A DNA stretch of 64,000 nucleotides, taken from Chiloscyllium plagiosum (lineage: Eukaryota). Of the stretch, positions 25,101 through 35,000 are shown in pieces. The translations under genes and the position numbers were made by a program. Each line of letters starts with the position of its first letter. Within the stretch, counting starts at the first letter, position 1. The stretch lies in contig NC_057722.1 in the NCBI RefSeq assembly GCF_004010195.1, forward strand, positions 9,849,348-9,913,347, in the 5' to 3' direction. A model generated the notes under the pieces. That model had not been told where the DNA came from, searched no databases, and saw only the letters and a list, made by a program, of their open reading frames with translations.

Positions 25101-26937
25101 CCGAGATGTCTTTGATGTATGGGAGAGTGGCTTGGGTTTCTGGTTGTGTTTTGTCTGCTTGTTTAGGTTTGTTGCTGAGAAATCTGTAGACTGTGTTCAT
25201 TGGGTACCCATTCTTTTTGAATACACTGTATAAGCGATTTTTCTCTGCTATGCGTAGTTCCTGTGGATCATCCATCCTAGGACAAGTCAAACAGAGACAC
25301 GCACGAGAATTCCTAGAAGCATGGCATTCCAACTGGAACTCTATCAACAAACATATTGATCTGGACCAGATTTACCACCCCTGAGAAAAAGAACAGGAAA
25401 TGACATAACCAACCCAAAGGAACCCAAACATATAAATAGAAAGCCGGAATCATTAGCTATGCTTTGTCCGGAGGCTCACGGAAGACGTTACCTAGTATGG
25501 TGATGAAATGTCTGAACTTGAACCTTCCAGCTCAACAAGCAAACCTACATCCAGAACCTCAACTTGAGCTAGAAATCTTCTCAATACTCGTTAATTGTAT
25601 TTACACTTAAGATTAGGATTTCGACTATTTTCTGAATGTAAATGGTATCCATTTTTAAAAACTGGGAGGGATCATAGTTCTGATTCAATAATATCTTCCT
25701 TGCCATTTCGCATTTAATCACCTCATTGCTTGATTTAAAATAAATAGTAATGGGGAATAGTTTAAAAAATGGAAAGTTACGGTTTAGTTAAAGACCGTTT
25801 TGTATTTTCAGCACTATGACTTATTGTCATTTTAATTATAAGCATATAATGTCAGATTTCAGCCACATAACTGTTGCCCACTGTCCCTTCCACACTGCTG
25901 AAGGATGTTGATGTTCTCCCTAAGTTCCCTCCCTGATGTGTCATGTTGGAGACTGAAAGTGTGCAGCTGATCAGTGCATGTCGCAGTAAAGACTGCTATT
26001 TTTAAATCTGTGGGCAGAATCTTCCCAGCCCTGAATGACATAGGGAATGGCACGAAAATTGGGAGAATCATATGAAGTAGCCAATGGGAAGCTTCCCAGA
26101 GTTGAGAGCAGAAAATCCCATTTTCATACCAACTTTGAGTGGAGAGACAAGATTTTCAATAGTAATCGGAGAGAAGCAATTTCCCACATGAAAGTCAGAG
26201 CAGTGAGCTCGTGACTCCAGCTTACTACTTACTCCTGCAGGCCTCCATCAACCACCTACATCTCAGAGTACACTCCATGTACAGCCACTGCACAACCTGC
26301 CAAACCCAAGTCAAGAATGAAATACAGAATCAGAACTGGATGTCCCCTCAGGATAGTAGAATCTGGGCAGAGAAACCTTGCAGAGAAGTGGATAGATTTA
26401 GCTGGGGTAGATGGGACCGGAGTTGGTCATTTATTTTTCATCGTTGTAGAAACCTGATCATCCAAAAATTGAATTGATGGCAAGTCTGGAGAAAGCAAAA
26501 TGAATTTCCTCCAGAGAAATGAAAATAGCTGTCAGACAAGCATGTACCTTGTTGGTGAAACCCCTTCAATGGGCACCTGAATTAATATCTGGTTAGGAAT
26601 TGGATTAAAGGTTTCAAGCAAACATACAGGTAGAGGGAATTAATTACTCCCTTCATGCTTGTCTAACAGCTATTTTCATTTCTCTGGAGTAAATTCATTT
26701 GGTGGGCTGAATGCATTTATTTTCTTTCTCCCTCTCACATCCTGTAACCATCAATCTTGCTTTTCTAGGCCTTCCCATGTTTTGCTAAACAGTGGCATTC
26801 CCTATGAGGTGGCAGAGAACGCACTTCGCTTGAGTGTGGGACGTGCAACATCAAAGGAGGATGTAGATGCCATCATAGAAGATCTGAAACAAGCTGTTAG
26901 TGAAATTGAAATGTGTGCTGCACAATCTGGGAAGTAG
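7027..26937 (+). CDS. SCLY: Selenocysteine lyase, complete spliced CDS: join(7027-7130,7780-7889,8467-8567,9243-9429,13121-13248,14431-14592,18205-18311,19687-19723,21286-21369,24029-24131,24275-24350,26769-26937), 1368 nt, 455 aa
   Basis: Manual translation gives [47 protein letters not shown]|FYGPRIG (PLP Lys), [18 protein letters not shown] (catalytic Cys), ALRLSVGR. All introns are GT-AG and phases join without frameshift or stop. Confidence 0.96.
7780..7889 (+). CDS. SCLY: SCLY exon 2
   Basis: [36 protein letters not shown]; cag / gtatgt. Confidence 0.96.
8467..8567 (+). CDS. SCLY: SCLY exon 3
   Basis: [34 protein letters not shown]; tag / gtaaga. Confidence 0.95.
9243..9429 (+). CDS. 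SCLY: SCLY exon 4
   Basis: ANNLVFHTA...[26 protein letters not shown]; ccag / gtgaga. Confidence 0.95.
9890..10660 (-). mobile_element. CR1-type LINE fragment
   Basis: Degenerate ORF2 ([11 protein letters not shown]..., YEERL..LGL). Confidence 0.75.
10827..12183. mobile_element. Older Penelope-like fold-back (arms of several hundred bp) interrupted by a SINE
   Basis: 10835-11270 is inverted at 11395-11660 plus 11980-12150; near-TSD GGAAA(C/T)AGCAGG at 10815-10826 and 12184-12195. Confidence 0.72.
11662..11978 (-). mobile_element. HE1-like SINE
   Basis: Reverse complement of the 32288 family. Confidence 0.82.
13121..13248 (+). CDS. SCLY: SCLY exon 5
   Basis: [43 protein letters not shown]; tcag / gtaatc. 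Confidence 0.96.
14431..14592 (+). CDS. SCLY: SCLY exon 6 (ends in the PLP-binding HK)
   Basis: [10 protein letters not shown]...[32 protein letters not shown]; acag / gtaaag. Confidence 0.96.
16285..17640 (-). mobile_element. CR1-type LINE fragments interrupted by a Penelope-like terminus (16690-16925)
   Basis: Degenerate RT/3' sequence. Confidence 0.65.
16836..16874 (+). ncRNA. Minimal hammerhead ribozyme motif (sense to SCLY intron 6)
   Basis: CAC-CTGATGA-A-GGAG-TGGCG-CTCC-GAAA-GCTA-GTG. Confidence 0.68.
17665..18162 (+). mobile_element. HE1-like SINE (17810-18162, +) preceded by an inverted partial copy (17665-17805, -)
   Basis: A/B boxes at 17820/17865; the upstream piece is the reverse complement of the SINE 3' half. 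Confidence 0.82.
18205..18311 (+). CDS. SCLY: SCLY exon 7
   Basis: [36 protein letters not shown]; gtag / gtacgt. Confidence 0.96.
18540..19070 (-). mobile_element. CR1-type LINE fragment
   Basis: Degenerate ORF2 similarity (KFPGPD-like region on the reverse strand). Confidence 0.55.
19687..19723 (+). CDS. SCLY: SCLY exon 8 (37 nt)
   Basis: [12 protein letters not shown]; cccag / gtaaat. Confidence 0.95.
20467..20817. mobile_element. Penelope-like inverted termini enclosing a copied 130-bp segment
   Basis: 20480-20590 inverted versus 20731-20817; near-TSD AATCAA(A/G)AACA at 20456-20466 and 20818-20828. Confidence 0.72.
21286..21369 (+). CDS. SCLY: SCLY exon 9
   Basis: [28 protein letters not shown]; gtcag / gtatgt. 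Confidence 0.94.
21362..21465 (+). repeat. Perfect 51-bp tandem duplication across the SCLY exon 9 donor
   Basis: aactgttggtatgtgtgaacgtttagaagtaacaaaataatattttaaagt x2. Confidence 0.95.
22750..23400 (+). mobile_element. CR1-type LINE 3' fragment
   Basis: [15 protein letters not shown] and [13 protein letters not shown] motifs. Confidence 0.8.
23530..23745. mobile_element. Short Penelope-like fold-back (~165-bp palindrome)
   Basis: gtgttgctggaaaagc...cgacgtttcgggc / gcccgaaacgtcg...gcttttccagcaccac. Confidence 0.8.
23614..23648 (+). ncRNA. Hammerhead core at the apex of a fold-back repeat (sense to SCLY intron 9); stem I truncated
   Basis: CTGAAGA-A-GGGC-TTAT-GCCC-GAAAC-GTC. Confidence 0.6.
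24029..24131 (+). CDS. SCLY: SCLY exon 10
   Basis: [34 protein letters not shown]; gcag / gtactg. Confidence 0.95.
24275..24350 (+). CDS. SCLY: SCLY exon 11 (catalytic Cys)
   Basis: [26 protein letters not shown]; ccag / gtaaga. Confidence 0.95.
24505..25592 (-). mobile_element. Penelope-like element remnant with GIY-YIG endonuclease, inverted terminal copy and 13-bp TSD
   Basis: ORF 24694-25350 has [20 protein letters not shown]...RIHEH. 25270-25592 is an inverted copy of the 3' end. AATTGTATTTACA at 24492-24504 and 25593-25605. Confidence 0.9.
26769..26937 (+). CDS. SCLY: SCLY exon 12 (terminal, TAG at 26935-26937)
   Basis: [55 protein letters not shown]; ctag acceptor. Confidence 0.95.
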
Positions 26938-27394
26938 CACACAGCAATGAACTTAATACTGCCAACAGAAATCCAGAGATAGAAAATGGTAGTAATGAGC
27001 GATGCCTCTGATTTCTGCTAGGTTGGGATAATGTTTTCAAAGCAGTTGGAGATGATATTTCTATGATCCTCTGCGTTGGTATAAAAACTTATTCCTCGAA
27101 ACCTACCTCACCGACAAAACTGGTTGTACTTCTGGGTTGAAGTAATGGCCATTGTGTATTTATTTAAAGAGGCAGATAAAATTAAACCTGTTTCGACAAA
27201 GGCATTGATAGGCAAAATTTAAATTAGTTATTTTTTTAATTTGCCAAGGGACTGACTATTGTGCAGCAAGTAAATGGTACTCTGCATTTCGTGTTAGTCA
27301 TTTTTAATTAACTAACGCCGGGTTACTCCAAATGCTGGATTATACACTTAATATAAATATGTATTTTTCATGATAAACTCATTCAGATGAAAGC

Positions 27395-27400
27395 AATAAA
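27395..27400 (+). terminator. Candidate SCLY polyadenylation signal AATAAA
   Basis: Canonical AATAAA ~460 nt after the stop codon. Confidence 0.55.
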
Positions 27401-28063
27401 ACATATATCACTGAGAAATATTTTCTCATAATTTTGGACTGAATATAGCAACAGCCTTTTTCAAGGGACATCTGAACTTATTTTTCTACTGCCTCCCTGT
27501 ACCAATTAAGACTCTCCAGTTATTTCTAGTCACAGACTCTTTATCCACTAGTTCTGATGAGTGGTAAATTGCAGTGGTTTCCGTTCAAGTGGCTTAGCAG
27601 GTACTGTGTTCTGTAGCATCTGACTCCTTCAGTGACATTCTGACCTGTGACTCAAACCTAGGTATTCATCATTATAGTGGCTTGGAAGTGATGGACAGTT
27701 AATTATAGTGACTTCTACTCTTCAGGCCATATTTTGAAACCATATCTTTCCCATGATTTTCCATCTAAGATCATATATTTATGGATACTGTCCTCTTGCT
27801 TGACAGTGTTAATGAAATTCTTCATTCCTCTGGCTCAAACATGCCAACTGCAAAAGCCAATAAATCTCTTAAGGAAATGGATTCAAAGCTAACAGTTCAT
27901 TTAGTAACCAGTAATTCACAAACAAAAATTTATGGGCACCACTATTACTTTATAGCAATAAGTTAACTATGGTCTATTTTGAGATTTTTCACCGGTGTTT
28001 TCAGGGATTTAATTTCATGTTGACCTTTGCCTCATGGTATTGGAAGCAATTTTCTTTGAAAGC

Positions 28064-28579
28064 TGTTGTGGTTGTGTTCGCCGAGCTGGGAATTTGTGTT
28101 GTAGACATTTCGTCCCCTGCCTCGGGGACATCCTCAGTGCTTGGGAGCCTCCTGTGAAGCGCTTCTGTGTTGTTTCCTCCAGCATTTATGGTGGTTTGTC
28201 TCTGCCGCTTCCAGTTGTCAGTTCTAGCTGTCGCTGCAGTGGCCGGTATATTGGGTCCAGGTCGATGTGTTTGTTGATAGAATCTGTGGATGAGTGCCAT
28301 GCCTCTAGGAATTCCCTGGCTGTTCTCTGCTTGGCTTGTCCTTTAATAGTAGTGTTGTCCCAGTCGAACTCATGTTGCTTGTCACCTGCGTGTGTGGCTA
28401 CTAAGGATAACACGAACTAGCCATGCAATGACACGACCAGCTATCCTTAGCTTCACAGGAGGCTCCCAAGCACTGAGGATGTCCCCTAGACAGGGGACGA
28501 AACGTCTGCAACACAAATTCCCAGCTCGGCGAACAGAACCACAACAACGAGCACCCGAGCTACAAATCTTCTCACAAAC
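28064..28579 (-). mobile_element. Penelope-like element remnant (second subfamily), inverted termini, 12-bp TSD
   Basis: [28 protein letters not shown] (GIY-YIG C-terminal part); TTCTTTGAAAGC at 28052-28063 and 28580-28591. Confidence 0.88.
28468..28511 (+). ncRNA. Minimal hammerhead ribozyme motif in a Penelope-like terminus
   Basis: GCA-CTGAGGA-T-GTCCCCT-AGAC-AGGGGAC-GAAAC-GTC-TGC: 7-bp stem II, GUC triplet, GCA/TGC stem I. Confidence 0.75.
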
Positions 28580-29214
28580 TTCTTTGAAAGCCTTAGACAC
28601 AATAAATAGCCTCCAAAATTGTCAGAATGAAAGCAGCCTGGAGTGCCTGTTCACAAGTGCCGAAAGCTGAGCTGGGCCAGTGCAGTTAAAACACTACCAT
28701 TTCCCAGGCAAATGCATAATTGCATCACTATGTCCAGTCCACAAGGAGTAGTTCAAAATTAGTTCAGCTAGTTATCCCCTACCAGGCTACATTCAAATAT
28801 TAGGTAAATGTAAGGGGTTATATCATCAAGTAACATCTAAGAAACAGTTTGGATTTTAGTTCCAGATCTTATAGCAGCCTTGGCCTAATAAAGGACAAAA
28901 AGAGTAAATTTCAAGAGATGAGGTGAGAGTATCTGCCTTCAGCATCAAGGCACCATTTGATGGAGTGTGACAGCAAGGATCTCTGATAAAATTGAAGTCA
29001 ATAGGAATCTGGGAAAAAGAACTTGCCATTGTCTGATGTCATTTCTAACATACAGAATTAGGATGATGATTGTTGGACACCCACCATCTTCAGCTGCTTC
29101 AACAATGGTCCTCGCTCAAAATAAGGTCAGAAGTGAAGTTGCTCATTGAGTTCACAACATTTGCTTTTATTCACAGCTCCTTATTGAAAAGAACTGTCTA
29201 TCTGCCTGCAGCAA

Positions 29215-29532
29215 CAATGGTTCAGTAGCTAGCCCTGCTGGCTTACAGTGCCAGGGACCTGGGTCTGATTCCACCCTCAGGTGACCCTGTGGAATTTGCA
29301 CGTTCTCCCTGTGTTTGTGGGTTTCCTCCAAGTGCTCCAGTTTCCTCCTCTAGTCCAAAGATGGTTAAATGGATTACCCATAGTGTTCAGGCATGTGTGG
29401 GTTAAGTAGGTGAGCAATGGTAAATGCATGGTTACAGGGATGGGGTGTGAATGTGGGTAGGATGCCCTTCAAAGGTCAGTGTGGACTCGATGCACCAAAT
29501 GGCCTGCATCCACTGTAGAGATTCTATGATTC
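29215..29532 (+). mobile_element. HE1-like SINE, diverged
   Basis: Family similarity. Confidence 0.7.
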
Positions 29533-29779
29533 TAAGCGCTAGACAAAGTCCAGCCTTGGGATGAAAAGTTTCAACTTAATTGCTCAAAACAAACCAAACC
29601 TTGACCACCACCACCCCGTCCCAAACCTCCCTATCCTTCCCAAGTCCATTAATGTTCTGTCATCTTTGAAATATGTACACAACTTTCCCAGGCTTGCATA
29701 TCTGATTCCTTGCATGAGATTTCTAGGACTGTCGCAGTACAGAGATAGTTTTTAATAAATTATCAAATGACATTGTACG

Positions 29780-30630
29780 TGACAGTGACAAAAGTAGGCT
29801 TCCCCTCCTTGACCTTTTTGAACTTGCTACAGCCTGACAGTTGATGACACAGTTTTCCTCCAACATCAGCCTCGTGCTGCACTGCTGGATGGGATTGCTG
29901 TCCTAGGGGGTTTCAATTTTGTCTTTCTAATTGTATTCAGATCATCACTTGCAGTAACTTCTCTTACAACTCATGCAACATTACCCTGGTGTCCTACAAT
30001 AATTGGTCTTTTGTTCCTTGCTGTTTATTGTTTTCCATGCCGCCCCTTCACAACATCATGTGAAAGCACAGCTTTAACTTTCACATAGGCCCTGACCACA
30101 TCCAGCTCTACCTCGCCACCATTTGAGTTGACTTTAAGTGATCAAATACTTTTCTAACAGAGTACTGGAGGAGCAGAAATATCCTTCAACTAAATGTTGA
30201 GACAACTGAAACCATTTTTTTCAAGTCATCAAACTTGCTGACACAGCTACCTATTCCGGCTCTATTCCTGGCAACACCCAGAGATTAACCCACAGAGTTT
30301 GCAATTGTGATGTAACATTTCACCCGGAGTTCCTGCTACTTCCAACGTATATTTATCCCATCTCTTAAGACCATTTATTTCCACATTACGTGACTTTGAT
30401 CCACCTCAGATTATCTGCTGTTCGAACCCTCATCCTTGCCTTTGTTACCTCCAGATTTATCAATTTAAACATATTACTTACTGGTCTTTCACACTCTTTC
30501 ATCTGTAGGCTGAGGTCATCCATAACTCTGCTACTTGTGTCTTAATTTGCAGCAAGTCCCATTCATTAATCACCTTTATGCTCACTGACTTGCTTCTCAG
30601 TCAAACAAGGTTTTAATTTTAAGGCTCCTG
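29780..30630 (+). mobile_element. L2-like LINE RT fragment, old
   Basis: Degenerate LLDL..A.DTVD and DHIQLY motifs. Confidence 0.55.
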
Positions 30631-31802
30631 TCAAATTGTGTTTGTGCTTGTGTTACACTTGATCAATATTTGTTGAGATAAAGATTCAGTACCTTCAGTA
30701 AAGATTCAGATAAAGATTTAATGACCATGAATCACCTCATATTTTGATAGAGAATATGAAACAATAATATTTCTCTTGGATACCTGCCAAAGGGATGCTG
30801 TAGTGAGATGAGTTATGATGTATGTTGAGAGAGGAATATTGGCCAGGACATCAGGTCAGTGCCCCACGCCTATAAAAGTTATGCCTGGGAAGTTGGGAAC
30901 TTTCACATTCATTTCAATAGCTAGTGTAATGTCATATAAGAAGGCTGTGACATTTGACACTGTAGCACTCCTCAACACTGTCCTGGAGTATCAACCTAAA
31001 GTAGAAAGCTAAAGTATTGAAGGATAGATGGGGGAAAAAGAAGTAAGCAGTTTAAGATTGGAATTATAGAATACATCTGAATGTGTAACTGATCGCATGT
31101 CTAATGAACTGGTTGTGAGGTTTTGCAGAGCAACTTAAAAATTAATTCAAGAACATACCATTGAAATTTGTTTATTCAATAGATACATGGATGTGGGGGT
31201 CCGTTGAATTTTACACTGTAATGTATTAAATTCATACAACACAGTTGTTATAGTTATATATTGAGGTCTCCCATCTCCATAATGCCTCAATTTTTCAGAG
31301 TATCCAAAAAGCAGTCTCTACAATAAACTCCCTTTCCTGTTTCAGTCACATAATTGCACTAACCTGATTGGAAGGGTGTGATTTTGTCATTTAATTTGTT
31401 TATTGCTTGATTTATGTCATTGTGTAGTAGTTACAATAGATAATTATGACCCATGGCCCAAATCCATTCCTCGCCCTCATCCTCTGACATCTGAACCTAT
31501 CAGGGGACTTTGCTAAAGCTGAGATAAATAGAAAAATGAAGTTCTTTGGTATGTTTGTTTGCCAAGCACAGAGAGAATTAAGATTGGTGACTGATATGAG
31601 GACAATGTTCAAATACACACCAGCTTCCAAAATATTTTGTTGCGAATTCAGATAAGATTGAATTTAATAGTGCTCTTCAGTATTATGTAATAGATCCTTC
31701 GTATTTATATGGTAATAGATATCACAAAGCAAAACAACATTTGGCCTTTTGAGTTTCATTTTCTAATCGCTAGGATTCGGTACAGTTGGAAGTATGTTCT
31801 GA

Positions 31803-31808
31803 TTTATT
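31803..31808 (-). terminator. Candidate AGXT polyA signal (others at 31399-31404 and 31171-31176)
   Basis: tttatt on + = AATAAA on -, ~105 nt past the stop. Confidence 0.4.
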
Positions 31809-31912
31809 ATACCAAAGGCAAAGTAATTCAGGTTTTGTTATTGAAGGATTAGCTTCCTGTTCGGTCAGCTGGTTGTTAGATCCCAGAACCATTCCATACC
31901 TTCAGCCTTGGC

Positions 31913-32020
31913 TCAGTGCTTGCTTTTCTTGCACTGCGCAAGGGCATCCTTCAGAGCTCTGAGCACAAGGTCTGCATTTGCTTTTGTACTGTTGATGCCC
32001 ATTAATCCAATCCTCAAAAC
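31913..32020 (-). CDS. AGXT: AGXT exon 11 (terminal; ends ...QCKKSKH-TGA)
   Basis: [35 protein letters not shown]; cttag acceptor. Confidence 0.95.
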   Translation of the reverse strand, partial: VLRIGLMGINSTKANADLVLRALKDALAQCKKSKH

Positions 32021-35000
32021 CTAAGATCAGGAAATAAATTGATTTAGTTATAGATTGCTTAGAAATGTTAGTCTGAATCCATTAATCCCACGTTCCAAAT
32101 GGAATATGTGATAATTGCAATTGAAGTGGTTTAAGACAAAGAGAATAAGTGTTGTAGCTCTATTTTCAACGTACCTTTGGGCATGTTCGGGAGTTAATAA
32201 AGAATTAACTTCTTTACACCTTAGAATGTTAGAATCCCAATAAGTACAGGACAGGAAAACATTGCTTGTCTTCTACTTCTAGTTTTGTGGGCGGCATGGT
32301 GGCACAGTGGTTAGCACTGCTGCCTCACAGCGCCAGAGACCCGGGTTCAATTCCCGCCTCAGGTGACTGACTGTGTGGAGTTTGCATGTTTTCCCAGTGT
32401 CTGCGTGGGTTTCCTCCGGGTGCTCTGGTTTCCACCCACAGTCCAAAGATGTGCAGGTCAGGTGAATTGGCCATACTAAATTGCCCGTAGTGTTAGGTAA
32501 AGGGTAAATGTTGGGGTATTGGTGGGTTGCGCTTCGGCGGGTCGGTGTGGACTTGTTGGGCCGAAGGGCCTGTTTCCACACTGTAATGTAATTAATCTAA
32601 TCTACTTTTAATGTCTTAATTTGACATTAAGAAACCAGTGCCCAAAAAATGGTTACAATAATGATGTTAACCATGAATGATTATAGCTTAACTTTTCTGG
32701 CTAATGTACAAAACAGAGAAATAGAGAGAACCACTAGCTGTAGAAAGATAACTGATACTAAGGTCTGCTCTTTCAAAGATTAAAGAACAGGTAAGATAGG
32801 AAATCTTGCGTGAGGGAAGTAGTTCTGTAACGACTGTAACAGGATGTATGACTGGACTGTATAAGGAATTCATGAATCAGCACCTAATGAAGTTTTATCT
32901 GTGATGTCTACTATTGATACAGGTGAAATACGGTGAAGGAGCATGGTTTTCAACAGTTCTTCAGAGATTTTGAACGATAGAACTAGAAACTAAAACCCAC
33001 ATGTTGTACAATGTTTCTGTGCGCAGGTGACTAATCTATTGAGTTTATCCCATATATTTATCTATGTATCTTGGGCTTAATATTATTCTGAGACCACAAC
33101 ACTCAACTGTTAGTGAACCACCTCCCTGTGTCGCCATGCCATCCTGCCAGAAATACAGGAGTAAGGAATTTGCCCGAAAATTAAATACCAGTCCCACAAG
33201 GGAGAACTATATGACTCCTTCCTCCAGCTGCTTGGCCAAAAACATAAGCCCATAGAATCCTCTTCTGCACAAACTTAAATCTTAGAAGCATTTTCTCTGT
33301 TGGTCCTTCTGAAGAGAGCCTCTGGCAGTCATCTGCTAACATAGTTTAAAACTGAAGACCTACCAGAGAGCTGAAATGACCTGCAAGTGAGGTGTATGCA
33401 ATTGTTTCTACACAGCTACCGCAGTAAGATTAGGAACTTGCCATGTATGCAATCCCAAGTGAATAGAATAGTTTAATCAAAGATTTGTTTTTGTTCAGGC
33501 AGAATAAAGTGAATAATGCAGGTGAGTGGAAACAAATGTGAAAGATGCATCAAAGACTTGTTGTTTTAAAGTCAGAATAATCAACTGTCCCTTCCCCATG
33601 CACACCACCCAGCTCTTTGCCCAAGGCCTTAGCTATGCTCTAATACCTTCAGGCAATGCTTATTTCACCACCACATTAATCCCTTTACATAATTTACAAT
33701 GTATAAAGTTCATCAGCTGCATGTGTAGACCTCACCTTGTTTAGTTAAATTGTTCCTGCAAAATGTACAGATAAATGAATAACATGAACATCAGTACATG
33801 CCTTTAATCAATATACCAGGTTATTTTCCCTGTAGGTTGACCTCACGTACCTTTCCAATAGTAGGCCCCAGACCCCCAGTGATTTCAATCTGATATTTAT
33901 TCATGATGAAATCAGTGATGTCTTTCCACTCATAGCCTTCTGGTACTGCAATTGTCGTAACTGTGGGCAATCTAATGGCCTGAAGAATGAAAAACAAACT
34001 ATTTTAATGTCTTTCTTTCTTATTTGAACCACCCCATTTTCATTAATGCCCTATTTTATTTCAGGACTGGATATTGAAGGCCTTGAGTTTATATGCTGCA
34101 CATTAGCATGAGGCAATTTCTTCTAGTTTGTCTTTGGGTTTAATTGCCATTTCCATGAAGGGTTTCTTAATTATCTCAGCATTTTGCCATATATCAGTGA
34201 CTTGAACAAAGACTTGAGGTTGTATGTGCAAGTTTACAAATGGTACAAAGATAGTTCTAAGATTAATTTGTGTAGTTGGGGCAAGGAAGTTACAAGAATA
34301 CATAAATTCAATTGGCCCACCAAATTAATCTAATATGGGGAATTCTGAGATTATCTCTTTTTATTCACTTGTAGGGCATGGGTGTACCCATCCTTAAGTG
34401 CCCCTGAGAAAGTGATCGTGAGCTGCCTCTTGAACCACTTCAGTCCACATTTGTCAGTAGACCCCACAATGCTGTTAGGGAGGGAAACCCAAGGTTTTCA
34501 CCTAGTGACAGAAAAAGCATGGTGATATATTTTGAAATCAGGAACAGCGTGGTGAGTGGCTTGGTGGGGGGAGACCTTTGTAAGTGGTGATGTTCCTGGG
34601 TATCTGCTTCTCTTGTCCTTGTAGAACCAGTCATGAATTTCGAAGGTGCTGTCTAAGGCTCTTTGGTAAATTTCTGCAGTGCATCTTGTAGATGGTAGCA
34701 GCAAATGCAATACGCATCAGTGGTGGAGTGAGTGGATGTTTGTGGACCTGGTGCCAGTCAAATGGGATGTTTTGTTCTGAATGGTGTCAAGCTTCTTGAA
34801 TGTTGTTGGAGCTACACCCATCCATGTGAGTGGGGAGTATTCCATCACACTCTTGACTTTTGCCTTGTACATGGTGGACAGGCTTTGGGGAGTCAGGAGA
34901 TGAGTTACTCACTTTGGTTTGGAAGCCAAATCACCAGTATTAATGGGAAGAGAGAAAGAACTGTGGAGGAAGACAGGTATTATTTGGGTCCCCAGGTACA

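Noticed and set aside
24694-25350. 218-aa ORF as a domesticated GIY-YIG gene
   Set aside because: Chimeric across an inversion junction inside a TSD-bounded, truncated Penelope-like remnant
26938-27420. SECIS element or selenoprotein recoding in SCLY
   Set aside because: The assembled CDS has no in-frame TGA and ends in TAG; SCLY is not a selenoprotein and I see no convincing SECIS fold
32288-32360. tRNA genes at A/B-box sequences (also 17815, 38950, 41905)
   Set aside because: These are SINE heads continuing into SINE body and tail, without a complete cloverleaf
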